64,000 nucleotides of DNA from Raillietiella orientalis (GCA_036172245.1 JAYWIR010000025.1:2728001-2792000); one strand, 5' to 3'. Counted from the first letter of the stretch, positions 25,001-36,899 are shown. The notes: generated from the sequence alone by a model not told the origin. A program made the numbers and translations.

Positions 25001-28000
25001 GCGCCCTGGAAGGGGGGGACCATCGGATGCTTGGTTTACCCTGGCGAGAGCCAAAGGTCGCTTTGTAATCGTATGAACGAACGATTTGGTTTTCCGATAG
25101 GTGATCAAAACTTGTTTACACTGTGCAGGCAGTTTAATGAAGATACAGCCCTCCGTGCTGTGGGTTCGCCAGCTTGCTCGACGGTCACAAGTTCTTGCAT
25201 TTAATGGATTTACCTTCTCCTCCTCATCCGTGATGTTTTCCTTTGTCTCGGTTGTTTTTAGAGAGGAAAGAAATGGTAAATGATTTTGTGAAGAGGTTAC
25301 GGTGGTGGGTTCTTTATTTGGACCTCCTTTGTCGCGCTGTGTCCAGGCAGGTTGCGACCGAATGTTCCTTGGAAACTGTGCTGAAGGAGACGGGAATCCT
25401 TACTTTTCCCCCGTTTTTAACGTTTCCCGAGTTCGCCGAGAAAGGAATTTGAAGGAACTGCTTATGCCAAGAACCCCATCTGCTTACCCGGTTCGCCGAA
25501 AGCCAAGAGGCCTCAGCAGGTTGGAAACCCCCGTTCCTCCCCCCCTTCCGTACTCCTCGAAGATGCATGTTGGGGGGAGGGGGGAGCAAAGCCAAGAAGC
25601 GGCCGTGACCTTGTCCAGCAGTAATATTTTCTTCCGCCGTGCCGGGCGGGAGATGTCACCGTGGAAACGAACGCTCAGGTCTCCGGCGATATCTCCTCGT
25701 TCGCCCGTTGCTCTGACGATTCCTCCAGCGCTGAAACCGATGTCAGCAGAGTGGATGACATCATTCTTCATTCTCATTCTTCAGACTTGCGCCGTTTTGG
25801 GTTTCGTCCCTTCGTTTTGCTCGTCTGTTCCCGCTGGGAAGCAGGGGGGCTCTTCTGGCTGCCTGGGGCACTATAAAAAGACGAGCACTCGCCGTTTTTC
25901 TGTCTCTTGTGTACAACTTTCAGATGAGCTTGCGTTCTTCCTTCCTTCCTCCCCCCCCCCCCCGTCTAGCCTTCTCTATAGAAGGCAGTAGCAGTCTTCC
26001 GGTGTTTTCCCGAATGGCTATTCGGACTTGCAGGTGAAGAACCGTAAATGCAAATTGCACCTGCATGTGTGCACCTGTTCAAAGCACAGAATAGGTGCAC
26101 ACGTGCCCCTACGCAGTGTCGTTGGTACACAGCGATCCCATGTAAATGAGCGCGCATTGTTGCGCGTGCACCAACGTCGAGATGAATCAGGGCCGGGATT
26201 CGTCTTCCTGGAAAGTCGCGCAGTTTCCCTTTCCTCCTCCCCCTTTCAACGGATGGAGTACGTGGTGTGCGCTCCCGTCCCTTCCACGGGAGCTGCTGCC
26301 CATGGCGCATGCGTGCATTTGTACGGCATTTGTGACCTCCGTCCGTACCATGCTACAGCAGCAGCAGCAGCAGCAGGTCCGGTGGGTGCCGGAAGGAGAG
26401 AGTTCCTGCGTCCTCCGCTCGCTTCATCTCCAGGGATTGCATCTGCAGCCTCACAGCACTGAAGCTCCACTGTCATCCCAAGCAGTTTGGCTCGTTTCGT
26501 ATGTGCTTTGGGAGTGACTTGGAACCGGCGAAGCCGTCTGCTGCTGCCGGGGGCTCGCAGCCAGCGCAAGTCTGTCGGCTCCATGATTTCAACACACGAA
26601 AGAATGCACAGATCGCTTCCTGGTGTTCTTCATCGATTCTGCCAGTCCGTTTTACGAGGTTCCTTCTCTCTTGCTCGATTCGGTCTGCTCCGGACTCACC
26701 TCCTCCGTGCTTTGCGCTGCCATGTTTCAGGCCGAAGGACGGTGCTAACATCCTCCCCCCCCCCCATTCTTTTCAGGAATTCCCCCCCCCCCCACACACA
26801 CACATACACACACACACAAAATGCTGCTGTTTTTCGCGCGAGATGGATTTACTTCTTTCTGTTTGCCTTTTCACGATCTGTTCGCCGCAGATAACTCGGC
26901 ATCAGACGAAGAGGAAAATGGTGTTAAAAACCGATGAGGTGTTTTTCCTGCGGAGCGGTCGCAACGACCACATTCGCGTTGTTTACGGTTGCACGACGAA
27001 CGGAATTAACGCGTTGCTCAGCAGTGATGAGCAGTGAATTCATCGTTGCTGCTAAACATTACTGATGCGACCAGGCAAAAAGAGTAAAGATCAAGAACGT
27101 GCTTCCTCATGCCGCGGATATGAAGAAATTACCGCGATTGGGAGGGGGGGGGGGGAGGTAGTTGAAAACAGAGCGGTAGTGGACACCCTACTGCGTGATG
27201 TTGGTCTTTATAAGGCCGGTTGCGTGGAAACCTTCGAAAAGGTCTGCAAACCAACAAGAGAAGTTGGTGGAATACTCGGAAGCACGAGTGTGTGGAAAGT
27301 GAGAAAGAATACTTTGGGCTTCAGCATGGAGGGGGAAAATGCCGCTTTAGGATGCACTTTGCCAGCGCTACCAGCGGCACCCGCGGCGTCTTTCGAACTG
27401 AACCGTGGAAACCGTTCGCGTGATTCCGGGGAAAGAGCGCGTACCCTTTTCGAATCGGGTTGGAATCCCAGGTTTTTGGAATCCCCGATCGCTTTTGAAG
27501 ATTTTCCCTCGTGCCAAGACAAATGGGCAGCTGGTGACCAGTAGAAACGAAGCTTATTTTTTGTCCGGCAACCAGAAGGGATGTTCTTTCGGAAGCGGTC
27601 GGTCATTCCACGCGGGCCTTCCAAGCTCTTTGGATTATAGGACACTTTCTGGAATGGTGGAGGTGGCGTGCAGGGCGTGAACTCGGCAAGTAAATCGTGG
27701 GGCCGTGTGATGGGGCGGAAGTTCCTACGTTTTCGGTTCGAGATGCAACGCAGACAGCCGCAAGGGATTACCGTGATGCTCACACATGCACGTGACGGGA
27801 ACGAGCCTTTGTGACTATTTGCGCGGATGGGTTCTTCATTAATTTATTGGTGATGGTCGAATTGAGCATCCGAATACGAGGATCACATTCGAGCACGTCA
27901 GTCAGCCTTTGTTCGCAGCCCAATAGTTGTGATGTATACAAATAAAGGATTCCCTCGTCAGTTTCAAGTACTTTCATCTTGTGGCTACATTTTTCATCTT

Positions 28001-31000
28001 CTTGTAACCGAAGTTCTTTAAAGTTTTGTATTCGTGGAGGAAAAATAAATTTCATCTTTCTCGGTTAAGAAACAGTGTCATCTTACAAAGGGCACCGTTT
28101 GTCACCAGGGCAGGAAGTTGGTTCAAATCGCTTCGAAACTTTTTTTTTTTTCTTTCTTCTTTTATCTTTTGGAATGAGCACACACTCATGCAGATTCGGA
28201 ATGCCGTCGACTTCTCTTCGCTCTTACCGAGGGGACCGCGCCTGGGTATCCAGGGGGTTCCCAATGCGAACTCCGTCAGGAACGGCTTTCTTCAACTGTG
28301 CACGTCGAGGAATTGCCTGCGTGCAGCTTTCCTTGCCACCTCGGCGTTCGACACGGAAACTCTTCCTTCCGCCGTGGAACCTCAGCTGAACGTTCTCCCC
28401 TATGTCTTAAGCAGCCTCCAGAATTCTGCCTCGTTTGAGCCGGAATTGCGCCGAAGACGATGGATCCATGGTGGGCTTTCCTTTAGTTGGAAACCGTTAT
28501 GCGTCTAGGCGATGCCGAGGCTACGCACCGACCCTTTCGTTTCCAGACTTTTAAAGAAAGGTCTGGAAACTGAAGGAAGGTGTGGCATTGACGGGATGAC
28601 TATGAAGTTCGAAGACGCTCTTCCGCGTGCTCTTTCTGACCAATGTTTCGCAAAACGGAGTGTGGCGGTCGTTGGGGCGTGTTTTTTTCTTTTTCTTTTT
28701 AACAGGGATGATGCCGAAAGAGTTTTCAGTGTCTCTCTTCCTACGGTGTGGCATCTCTCTGTCAAGGTACTATCAGTTGAGAAAGGATTCTCGTCTCCCA
28801 GATTCTCCTCCGCTGCAGACGTTGTTCTTCCAGTCCATTACCTAAGTGTTCAGAAATACGTCATTGCGTTCGAAGCTGCGCGGGCCATCGTCGCCAACGA
28901 TGAGGACCGTTGCCGCGTGAAATCCCAGGCCGAACCACGTCGCCCGCTGTGGCGGACGGGAATGTGGTGTGCACTCGGCCATCGTCCCCACATGGGGGGG
29001 GGGCGCGATTCGTTCTGGCTTTGAAAGGGAACGCAGTGGCTTCGAAAGCAGCAGCGTACAGCTGTCGACTAGTCGCTGTGTGGTGTGCCACCAGCCTGCT
29101 TACGTCTCGCGCGCGCGTGTGTGTGTGTGTGTGTGTGTCTTTGCGTCGACATGTGCGTGTGCATGCAGTCCGCCGCCTTTTCTGGGAATGCAGTGAAAAG
29201 GGTCGAACGCGGCATTTTTGTTCAGAGAAACGAAACGGTTCACGCGATCTTTTCTTGTGAGATGATCTGTGGAATCTGGGATGATCGTGCAACTGTCTGT
29301 ATCTAGGCAATACCGACGAGAATCCAGCAAACAGCACTGCAGCCAATTCCAGTGTGGCCGGTTCGCCCCCCCACTTCCTTCCCAAAAAGAGTTCTGGTTT
29401 TCTTGTGATGTCACAAGCTGGCTCCACAGTTTCATTGGATTGCAAAGCGACTGGTGAGATCACGCGCGCTCGCGGCCTAGGAGCCATTCGGTTGTCGTCT
29501 TAGGAACGCCTCCCATCCACGTTGAGTGGAGGAAAAATGGCCACACGACTTGGGATCGGTATTTGGGGATGTCGGTAAAGCGACGCAGGAATGGAATGAC
29601 TCTTGAGCTGGAATCGGTGACCACCGTGGACGATGGCGTTTACACGTGCAATGTGTCCAACGCGTACGGCTGGTTCAACCGAACCGTGAACTTCACAGTC
29701 ATGGGTAGGTACCACAGGATCCACAGGAACAGTACAGTTGGTGTGGACCTTGCTTGGTGGAGAGGGTGGAGCTTTTGCATTCAATCTGATTGCACAGATT
29801 AGATGGGGTTATCTGAGCATTCTGTTCTTGGAAGCAGCAGTTTTCTGTGTTTGTGTGTTGCTCAAGATAACCGTCTGTAGAGCGAGATCGTCAAAAGCCA
29901 GTACTTATGGAAAAGCCACGTAATCTCAGCATCCTGCGAGGTTCTACTGCATTTTTCAATTGCACTACGGCCTATTACGATCCTTTCTCCCATTGGAAGT
30001 GGCTGAAAACCAGCTCTCTTTTGGATGAAGGTGAAATAGACAAGCGTATTGCTGGTATTAACATGCAGAATGAAACATGGTTAAAGGTAAAGCAAAGTGC
30101 ATTACTTGGCAGTAGATCGATGGTGGTGGATCAACTAACTGGCAACACCGGCTGTGAAGTCTTTTTTTTTTTTTTTTTTAAAAAAAAAAGAAAAAAAAAA
30201 TATATATGTATATATACATACATACACACATATATATATATGTATATCCACATATCCACACATACGTATATATATACATATATACATACATGTGTGTGCG
30301 AACGCGTGATCGCGTGTTTGCTGAGCACAGCTAACGTGTTGCGTGTTTTTAGAGCGGTTGCCGCACAAACCCATTTTTACAGTACTTCCACAAAATTTGA
30401 CGACGGTCGCAGGTTCCGCCGCAACGTTTCGGTGTGAGGTTTTATCGGACCTCACTTCCCATATTGAGTGGGTGCGCCATTTGTTAATCAATGGCTCCTA
30501 CTCAGATGCCGATGGGATACCGAATATTCAGCAACTCCAGGTTCGTTCGAATACGCTGCGTATTTGAGCGCGCCCCAGTCTCCCGCATGATGATGATGAT
30601 GATGATGCCCTCAGCATGCGTAACTGATTGCAGATCCCGTAGTTTTGAGATTTTAACGTATTGCCTGCTCCAGTTGATAGCAACTGAACCCCCCACCCCC
30701 ACCCCCTCGAGACTGAATGATGGCTGGCAGATACATACATGCATGCATTTCCGACTAACTTCAGGAAGGTCCGATGGCAGTCTTCGGTAACCTGCATGAT
30801 TTAAAAGTCTTGCGTACACCTTGAGTGTAACCAGTAATTCATTCTTGATGACCGCCTGATTCGAGTTAATGCACGCAGTTGGCTTCTTACTAACACTCGG
30901 AACCATGACTTTTGCCCACGGCACGTGTAATCGTTTGCTCTATTAGAACATCAGCGATGTACGCCGGTTGGCCCTTCACAATGTGACACACAACGACAGT

Positions 31001-32602
31001 GGCTGGTACACTTGCATAGCTGCAAATGACCTGGGTTTCAGCCACGCCAGCGCGTGGCTCTCCGTTGTGGATGGTGAGGATTTCAGGGAAACCCGGGGAT
31101 GCTTCATTCTTCTTTTTTTTTGGATGATTTCTAGAGCTGGAAGATGAGCATCTGAACCAGCAGCAGCACAGTTCGTTATTGTACGCTATAACGTCTGTAT
31201 TGTTTACGCTTGGAATGGTGTTGTGTGTACTCGTGTACTGTTACAGACACAGGTTTGCATTCTGGCAGTCTCGATCAGATGAGCTTCTTTTGTCTTAGAA
31301 TCAAAATGCTGAAACTCAAACAGCAGTGCCTGCAAATGTATGAGATGAAAAAAGTTAGGATCCTGCATCCACCCCTGATTTCCGGATCCGTTCAGTTAGT
31401 AAGTGTAAAAGTTACAATAAGTAAACACACTAAATGATGTTGAAGCAATTTCCTGAAATCACGATCGAAAAATCCCGTTCGGAAGGGGAAAAAAAATCCG
31501 TCAGCAAGAGTTTGACAGAATACGAGCTCCCTGTTGATGTGCAGTGGGAAGTTTCCCGTTCCTCTTTGATTTTGGGACCCGTGCTTGGCGAAGGAGCTTT
31601 CGGCAAGGTCGTCCGGGCAGAGTTGGACAGAGGCAAGGGGAAGACCACTGTTGCTGTGAAGATGCTGAGAGGTACAGTGAACAGTGGGAAAGCAGGGGTT
31701 TCCCATTCAGCGATTTGCAGATGCGTTTAGTGATAGCGACATTCTCGATCTCGTTTCTGAAATGGAGGTCATGAAATTGATAGGACCGCACCCAAACATC
31801 ATTAACTTGATCGGTTGCTGCACCCAGGACGGACCACTGTTGGTTGTTGTTGAGTATGCCAAAAACGGCAATCTGAGAGATTACCTGCGAATGAGACGTC
31901 CCATGTATAATTGCGAAACTTCGAATAGAAGCACCGACCTGACCCTTCGCAAACTCATATCTTTCTGCCATCAGATTTCAAGAGGCATGAATTACCTCGC
32001 ATCTCGGAAGGTACTGGGAGCATCTGTCACTCCAGGCACATGTATGCTACTTTTGGGGTTGTAGTGTATCCACCGGGACCTAGCGGCCCGCAATGTGTTA
32101 GTGCGCGATGACTGCGTTCTAAAGATTGCTGATTTTGGAATGGCACGTGACGTGCACGCCAAAGATTATTATCGCAAGCTGACAGATGGCCGTCTTCCAA
32201 TAAAGTGGATGGCACCAGAGACCCTTTTTAAACGTATAGCATGTAGTCAGTCTGATGTTTGGTCATTTGGTGTTCTGATGTGGGAAATATTCACATTGGG
32301 GGGGAATCCATACCCCAGTTTGCCTTCGGTGGAACACTTATTTGGAATGCTGGAACGGGGGCATCGCATGGAATGCCCGTCAGAGTGCCCTCTTGAAGTG
32401 TACGTATACAAACATAATCTAGAATAATAACGTATCCCGTAGGTACATGATCATGAGGGAGTGTTGGGAGTACTATCCAGAGAACAGACCTCAGTTTTCT
32501 GAATTGGAAAGGGAATTCGACAAACTTCTTGTGCTAACAGTAGACCAGCCCTATCTGGCAGTGGGACTGCCTGAGTTAGCTACACCACCCACTAGTATTT
32601 AA
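21922..32602 (+). CDS. FGFR: Fibroblast growth factor receptor (signal peptide, IgII, IgIII, TM, split tyrosine kinase), about 650-666 aa depending on isoform
   Basis: GT-AG, phase-consistent exons: 21922-22012 (signal peptide), 29307-29453 ([12 protein letters not shown]), 29504-29704 ([11 protein letters not shown]...[11 protein letters not shown]), 29881-30086 or 30353-30540 (IgIII N-half), 30947-31073 ([27 protein letters not shown]), 31135-31252 (TM), 31299-31398, 31446-31671 ([15 protein letters not shown]), 31721-32010 ([23 protein letters not shown]), 32065-32399 ([30 protein letters not shown]), 32443-32602 (TAA). The 5' exon assignment is less certain than the rest. Confidence 0.95.
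22361..22410. repeat. 21-bp tandem repeat GCATGAGCGGAGGAGGGAGAC, about 2.4 copies
   Basis: Exact copies at 22361 and 22382, partial copy at 22403. Confidence 0.9.
25729..25800 (+). CDS. FGFR: FGFR alternative signal-peptide or cassette exon SP2 (ATG 25740: [21 protein letters not shown])
   Basis: CTGAC branch and TCCTCCAG acceptor; 72 nt, phase 1-1; hydrophobic core; the donor GTTTCG is weak. Confidence 0.55.
29881..30086 (+). CDS. FGFR: FGFR IgIII N-terminal-half exon, variant A ([43 protein letters not shown]...)
   Basis: 206 nt, phase 1 to 0, open; has the Ig B-strand Cys and C-strand Trp; AG and GTAAAG splice sites. Confidence 0.85.
30162..30298. repeat. T18-A10GA10 run followed by a (TA/CA)n microsatellite between FGFR exons A and B
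   Basis: Directly visible in the sequence. Confidence 0.9.
30353..30540 (+). CDS. FGFR: FGFR IgIII N-terminal-half exon, variant B ([43 protein letters not shown]...DGIP)
   Basis: 188 nt, phase 1 to 0; closely resembles the vertebrate IIIa exon; CTAAC branch and TTTTTAG acceptor. Confidence 0.93.
31446..32602 (+). CDS. FGFR: FGFR tyrosine kinase domain exons and short C-tail (..[19 protein letters not shown])
   Basis: All catalytic motifs are intact; introns of 49, 54 and 43 nt. Confidence 0.97.
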
Positions 32603-32733
32603 TATGTGACAGTCTAGTCCAGGTGGAGCCCAGTACAAATTTTGCCCCATAGGCAACCACCTTCTTCCCAGTGAACTCAAACATATTCTGTTTCAAGCAG
32701 TAAAACAGTTGTTTGTTTTGAAATGTGTTTCTT

Positions 32734-33940
32734 TCATCCTACAGAGATCTTTAATCCTGTATCCAATTGAAGCAACTGACAACATATTTCATATACCGAG
32801 AATGATACACTGACCATAGGTACAGCTCTCAGATAATTGGCTGTCAGCCCTCTGTAGAGCCCATGCACTATGCCATGTTCCTTATAGATTAGTTGGAACA
32901 CAGCCAGCATGCCCTGTCTACGTGGAAATCAGAAACAATCAACTAGAACATACGTACCCAAAGTGTTGTGTGTTGGGATACATGAGTGCTAGCTGCATAC
33001 GACGTCGAATTACATCCAAGGGATATGACACAGTTTGAGCAAATGCGCCAGACAGTGCACCACACGTCATTTTGGCTGGAACCGTCAGTGCTACTCCACC
33101 TGGAAAACCTCAGTTGTCACATATGTTCCTCACAGCGTAAATTGGCTGTACAAACCTGTATTTGCATCACAAGAACAAGTAGTCAGCTGGGGAATGTAAG
33201 TCATGCAAGACTGTTTCAGTGTTTCAAAAGAGTAGAATGCACAGCCACCATAGGGGATCATTCCACAAATTGTGGGAAGATATCCCCGGTAAAGAGCTGC
33301 AATGCCTCCCTCCTTCTTTATTATTGATTGCAGTGTGTGGATAATTCCATTATAGATGTGCTGTCCAGATACTTGAAAGGCTAGCCGTGCTCTGACCATA
33401 TCCATCGGATATGCAATGGTTACAGCACTTACACCAGCACCAGACCCTGCTAAAAAGCGAGCTACATGAGAATTCATTCCAAGGAGGGATGTCAGCACCT
33501 GGAAGCATGGGCATAATTCCCCTGCAGTTTATGCATAAGAACTGTCACCTTCTTGTAGAACTCAAATGACGAAAACTGTGTGGCTGCATAAGGAAATATG
33601 CGCACCATCTGTGCACCATTACCCTTATAAAGAGCACACAGACCTTCATTGCGCACGATAGCTGCAAGTCCTGTAAATACATTGCATCTTTCATATGCAG
33701 GGTTGTGTCCTTGTAACAGAATTTTCATGCGATCAAATGGTGCCACTGTTGTTTTGGCACACATTCCTGCCATACCTGCAATCAAGTATTCAGTTGTTTT
33801 AACTGAAAGGAACCCCCAATTCAAATAATACCTCCTGCCAGGAATGATTTGAGAACATTCTCAATAGTGAACTGTGGCTTTCTTATTGGTGTTGATGTAT
33901 TGACAGGGAGTAGTTCAGTTAAGTTCCTCTCAAGGGCCAT
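32734..33940 (-). CDS. SLC25A16: Mitochondrial carrier, Graves disease carrier / CoA transporter family, 334 aa
   Basis: Exons 33940-33832, 33775-33549, 33498-33156, 33099-32958 and 32917-32734 (1005 nt). Three carrier motifs PFDRMK, PMDMVR and PLDVIR. Family-typical strings YKGNGAQMVRIFPYAA, VRARLAFQV and RRRMQL. SLC25A42 is the less likely alternative. Confidence 0.92.
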
Positions 33941-36899
33941 TATTTGAAGATGTCTTGGAGGAGGCTATTGCATGGAAACAGTGACATTGGGTAAATAAAT
34001 TGCCACGAAATGAGTATTTCACTGTAATGCATAATGATTGTAAAAAAAATATATCATGAAAATTATAAAGACAACCCAGTCCAAATACACTGAGAACTCT
34101 ACACTGGATGCATTTATTTTTCAAGTTCAAGTAGAATAAATGTTACTTTTTTTTAAGTAAGAGACAGTCCTGTAAGGTTTTTAATATCACTTATCAAACA
34201 TTGGCAACATTTTGTCGTCCGTGGTTACTTTAGTGCCGCCTTTTCTGTAAGAAGAAAAGAAAAAAAAAAGGGGGGGGGGGATTTGTTCTCCATTCCGCAA
34301 CGAATTGGCAACAATTTTTTTTGCAGTTTGCTGCGCTTTTGCACAAATATGCCGACTTGTGTTGAACAAATCACGCAACCCACGACTCTGCAAATGAATC
34401 TGTAGATGTAAATGTTTGTTGGCTTGCGATGAAACACACACACACATACACATATATACACACGCGACCGCGCAGTCTTGAAGTGAAGGAAATATCTACG
34501 TCTTAAAACTCGATCCAATTAAGATTATTCTCCCCCCCCCCCCTCCCGAAGCAAACACTTCCGATGGTGACTTTCCACTGCTGCAAAGTGCCCAATTTCA
34601 CATTGGCCCCCCATGCCTGCCACAGAGCACGACCTTCCCGGAGGATCCCTTTCCTTGCACCCCGGTTGTCCGTGAGCACAGGCCCCACTTTTGCACACGC
34701 CATACTTACGGCAGCATGCCTCGAGCCGAGCAGTGAGTGGCTGCACTACGGTGGAGGAGGCCGTGGTGCTGCTGCAGCACATGTCCCGTGGATCCTTTCT
34801 GCTGGGGGACAAAGAGTGCCCGGCACTCCAGGAGCCTCGCGAGCCCGGACATACCAGCAGAGAGAGAGGGAGGGCTCGCCCGGCTGCACACTGCGCACCC
34901 ATGACTTTGACCTCGGTCACAAGCTAGGCAGGCGGCGTTTCGGGTCGGCTGAATTTTCGCGCGCGTGTCATCGAGTGGGTAATCGCGAGTTGGGGCGGGG
35001 GAGGGGGGGGGGGGTTAGCAACAGCAACTCTACCACAAGCGTGGGGAGGAACGCGCGTCGGGGGGACAAAATTCTCGGTTCTTGCTGAGCACTTGCAGAA
35101 TGCAAGTGCTCAGCAAGTGTGTCCGTCCCCTGCCCCTCGCCCCGTGCAGGAAGGCATACCAAGAAGAGACGTGCATCCGTTGCCATTAACGAACACCCCC
35201 ATCCAACTAGACACAAGCGGTCCAGCAAAGTATTTTTTTTTTTTTTTTGCGTTTCGTTTGATCCCGTGTTTCCTGTTTTTTATCCCCTAAGCAAGTATTC
35301 TTAAAAGAACCGGGAATTCCCGTTGCATTTGCAAGAGCCCCACGTGGGTCTTGTTGCAGGTGTTCCTTTGCTGCATCGTGCTTTCGGGGTTTTTTAGGTG
35401 CTTGGCAAGAGTTTCGTGGGGACAATATCGCCAGCGGACCGCAGTTTCCTTTTCATAAGTAAACTCGAGATGATTACAGCTAAGGTGGTCGGTCGCAACG
35501 GATAGTTACATCCGTCGTCAGAAACCAACTCTGGAAGATGCGATAAGGATGCTGTTTCAGCAAGGACTCCCCCCATTTTCATGCTTGCACGCCGATCCCC
35601 TGCGGAGCAGGAAGCAGGAGAACGCGACTGCCAAACGTTCGCCCTGCTTGCGCAGAAATGACAGTCCCCCCCAAAAAAGCCCTTCCTCGTACTCCTTTTT
35701 CGGGATTTCTCCTCCCTCCCCTTCCGTTTCCAGGAGGATCGACGCCACGGCGGTTACGAGAGGGGCCGCGTGCAGCGCTCGGCAGTAGATGGACGTCCGA
35801 CTCCGGCCGGGAGTCGGACGAGGCCACGGGGGAGAAGGGAACCGCCGCGTGTCTTCGAAGGGGAATGGAGGGAACTCGGGGGGAACAAAGACGCATCGCG
35901 AAACGGAGGCGCGCGAGGCGGCGGCCAGGTCTTCCCGGAGGAGCGAGTCCGTACTCCAGCGAGAAGGCAGATGTCGGCGGGTGCACGGCGTTCGGAGGCT
36001 GAGACGAGCAGCCGGACGGCGCAGAGGGCATCGCCGCAAAGCGTGAGAGGGCAGGGAGGAAAAGGGTTCGCAGGAGGAGGAGGGGGGTACGAAGGGTAGG
36101 CAGACCGGCGGTGGAGGGAAGGGCGAGGAGGTGCTGCAAGGGGCACGCGGTCGCAAAGACGAGGAGACCCGCGTTCCCGCCGTGCTCGCTCGCCTGGTCG
36201 TTCGGGAGGAGGCACACGCGCGCTCTCTCCGGTGGTCAGCGGTACCGTGGGGGGTGTGCGCGTGCGCGCCAGGGGGAGGGAGAGGGAAGGCAAGCAGCTC
36301 GGCAGGCGCCGCCGCCGTCGCTGCAAACGCAGCGCGCGCAAGCGCACGACTCACCTGGGCCGGCTGGGCGCGCTGGCAGCTCGCGAAGGCACTGCCGAGG
36401 TCGCGGCGCGTGAGCGCGCGTCCTCTTGCGGCGCTGAAGCCAGCTGGCCCCTCCCCGCGCACGCGCCCGAGGGGCGGCCAGGTGCGGGAGGGGGTTCGCG
36501 CGTAGGGAAGTGGAAGGAGGCGCCGTCCCAGCCTCCCTGCAGACCGACCGGCGCCGATTCAGGAGCGGGGCTGGTCACCCGGGTAGGCGCCATCCCTCCA
36601 GGGGGGAGCAAGGAAGCTGGTCACCCGCGGAGCGATCTCCGCCACCGACACGCGGATGCGTGACGCGTTCCTCTTGCCTGTCCCGACGACTTCCGGCCGG
36701 ACGCCGCCCCCTCCTCCTCCGAGGGAACATCCAACACTCGGCTTCTCCTCACCCCCCTTCCCGGGAATTCTGGGGAGGGGGGGGGGGAGGACTCCCAGAG
36801 TCTCCTGAGCGACGACAACCCGACCGACTGGACGCCACGTCGACAGAAGCGTGGCTGCTCTCACGTGGACGCGCTCATCCCATTTCCTCCTCCTCCTCC

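Noticed and set aside
25273..25350. Third signal-peptide-like stretch [20 protein letters not shown]
   Set aside because: Its donor is phase 0, incompatible with the exon at 29307.
30134..30179. ACTAAC followed by T18, 51 nt after the exon A donor, as a distal branch point enforcing steric exclusion
   Set aside because: Introns of 40-50 nt are predicted nearby, so 51 nt is not limiting, and several AGs intervene before exon B.
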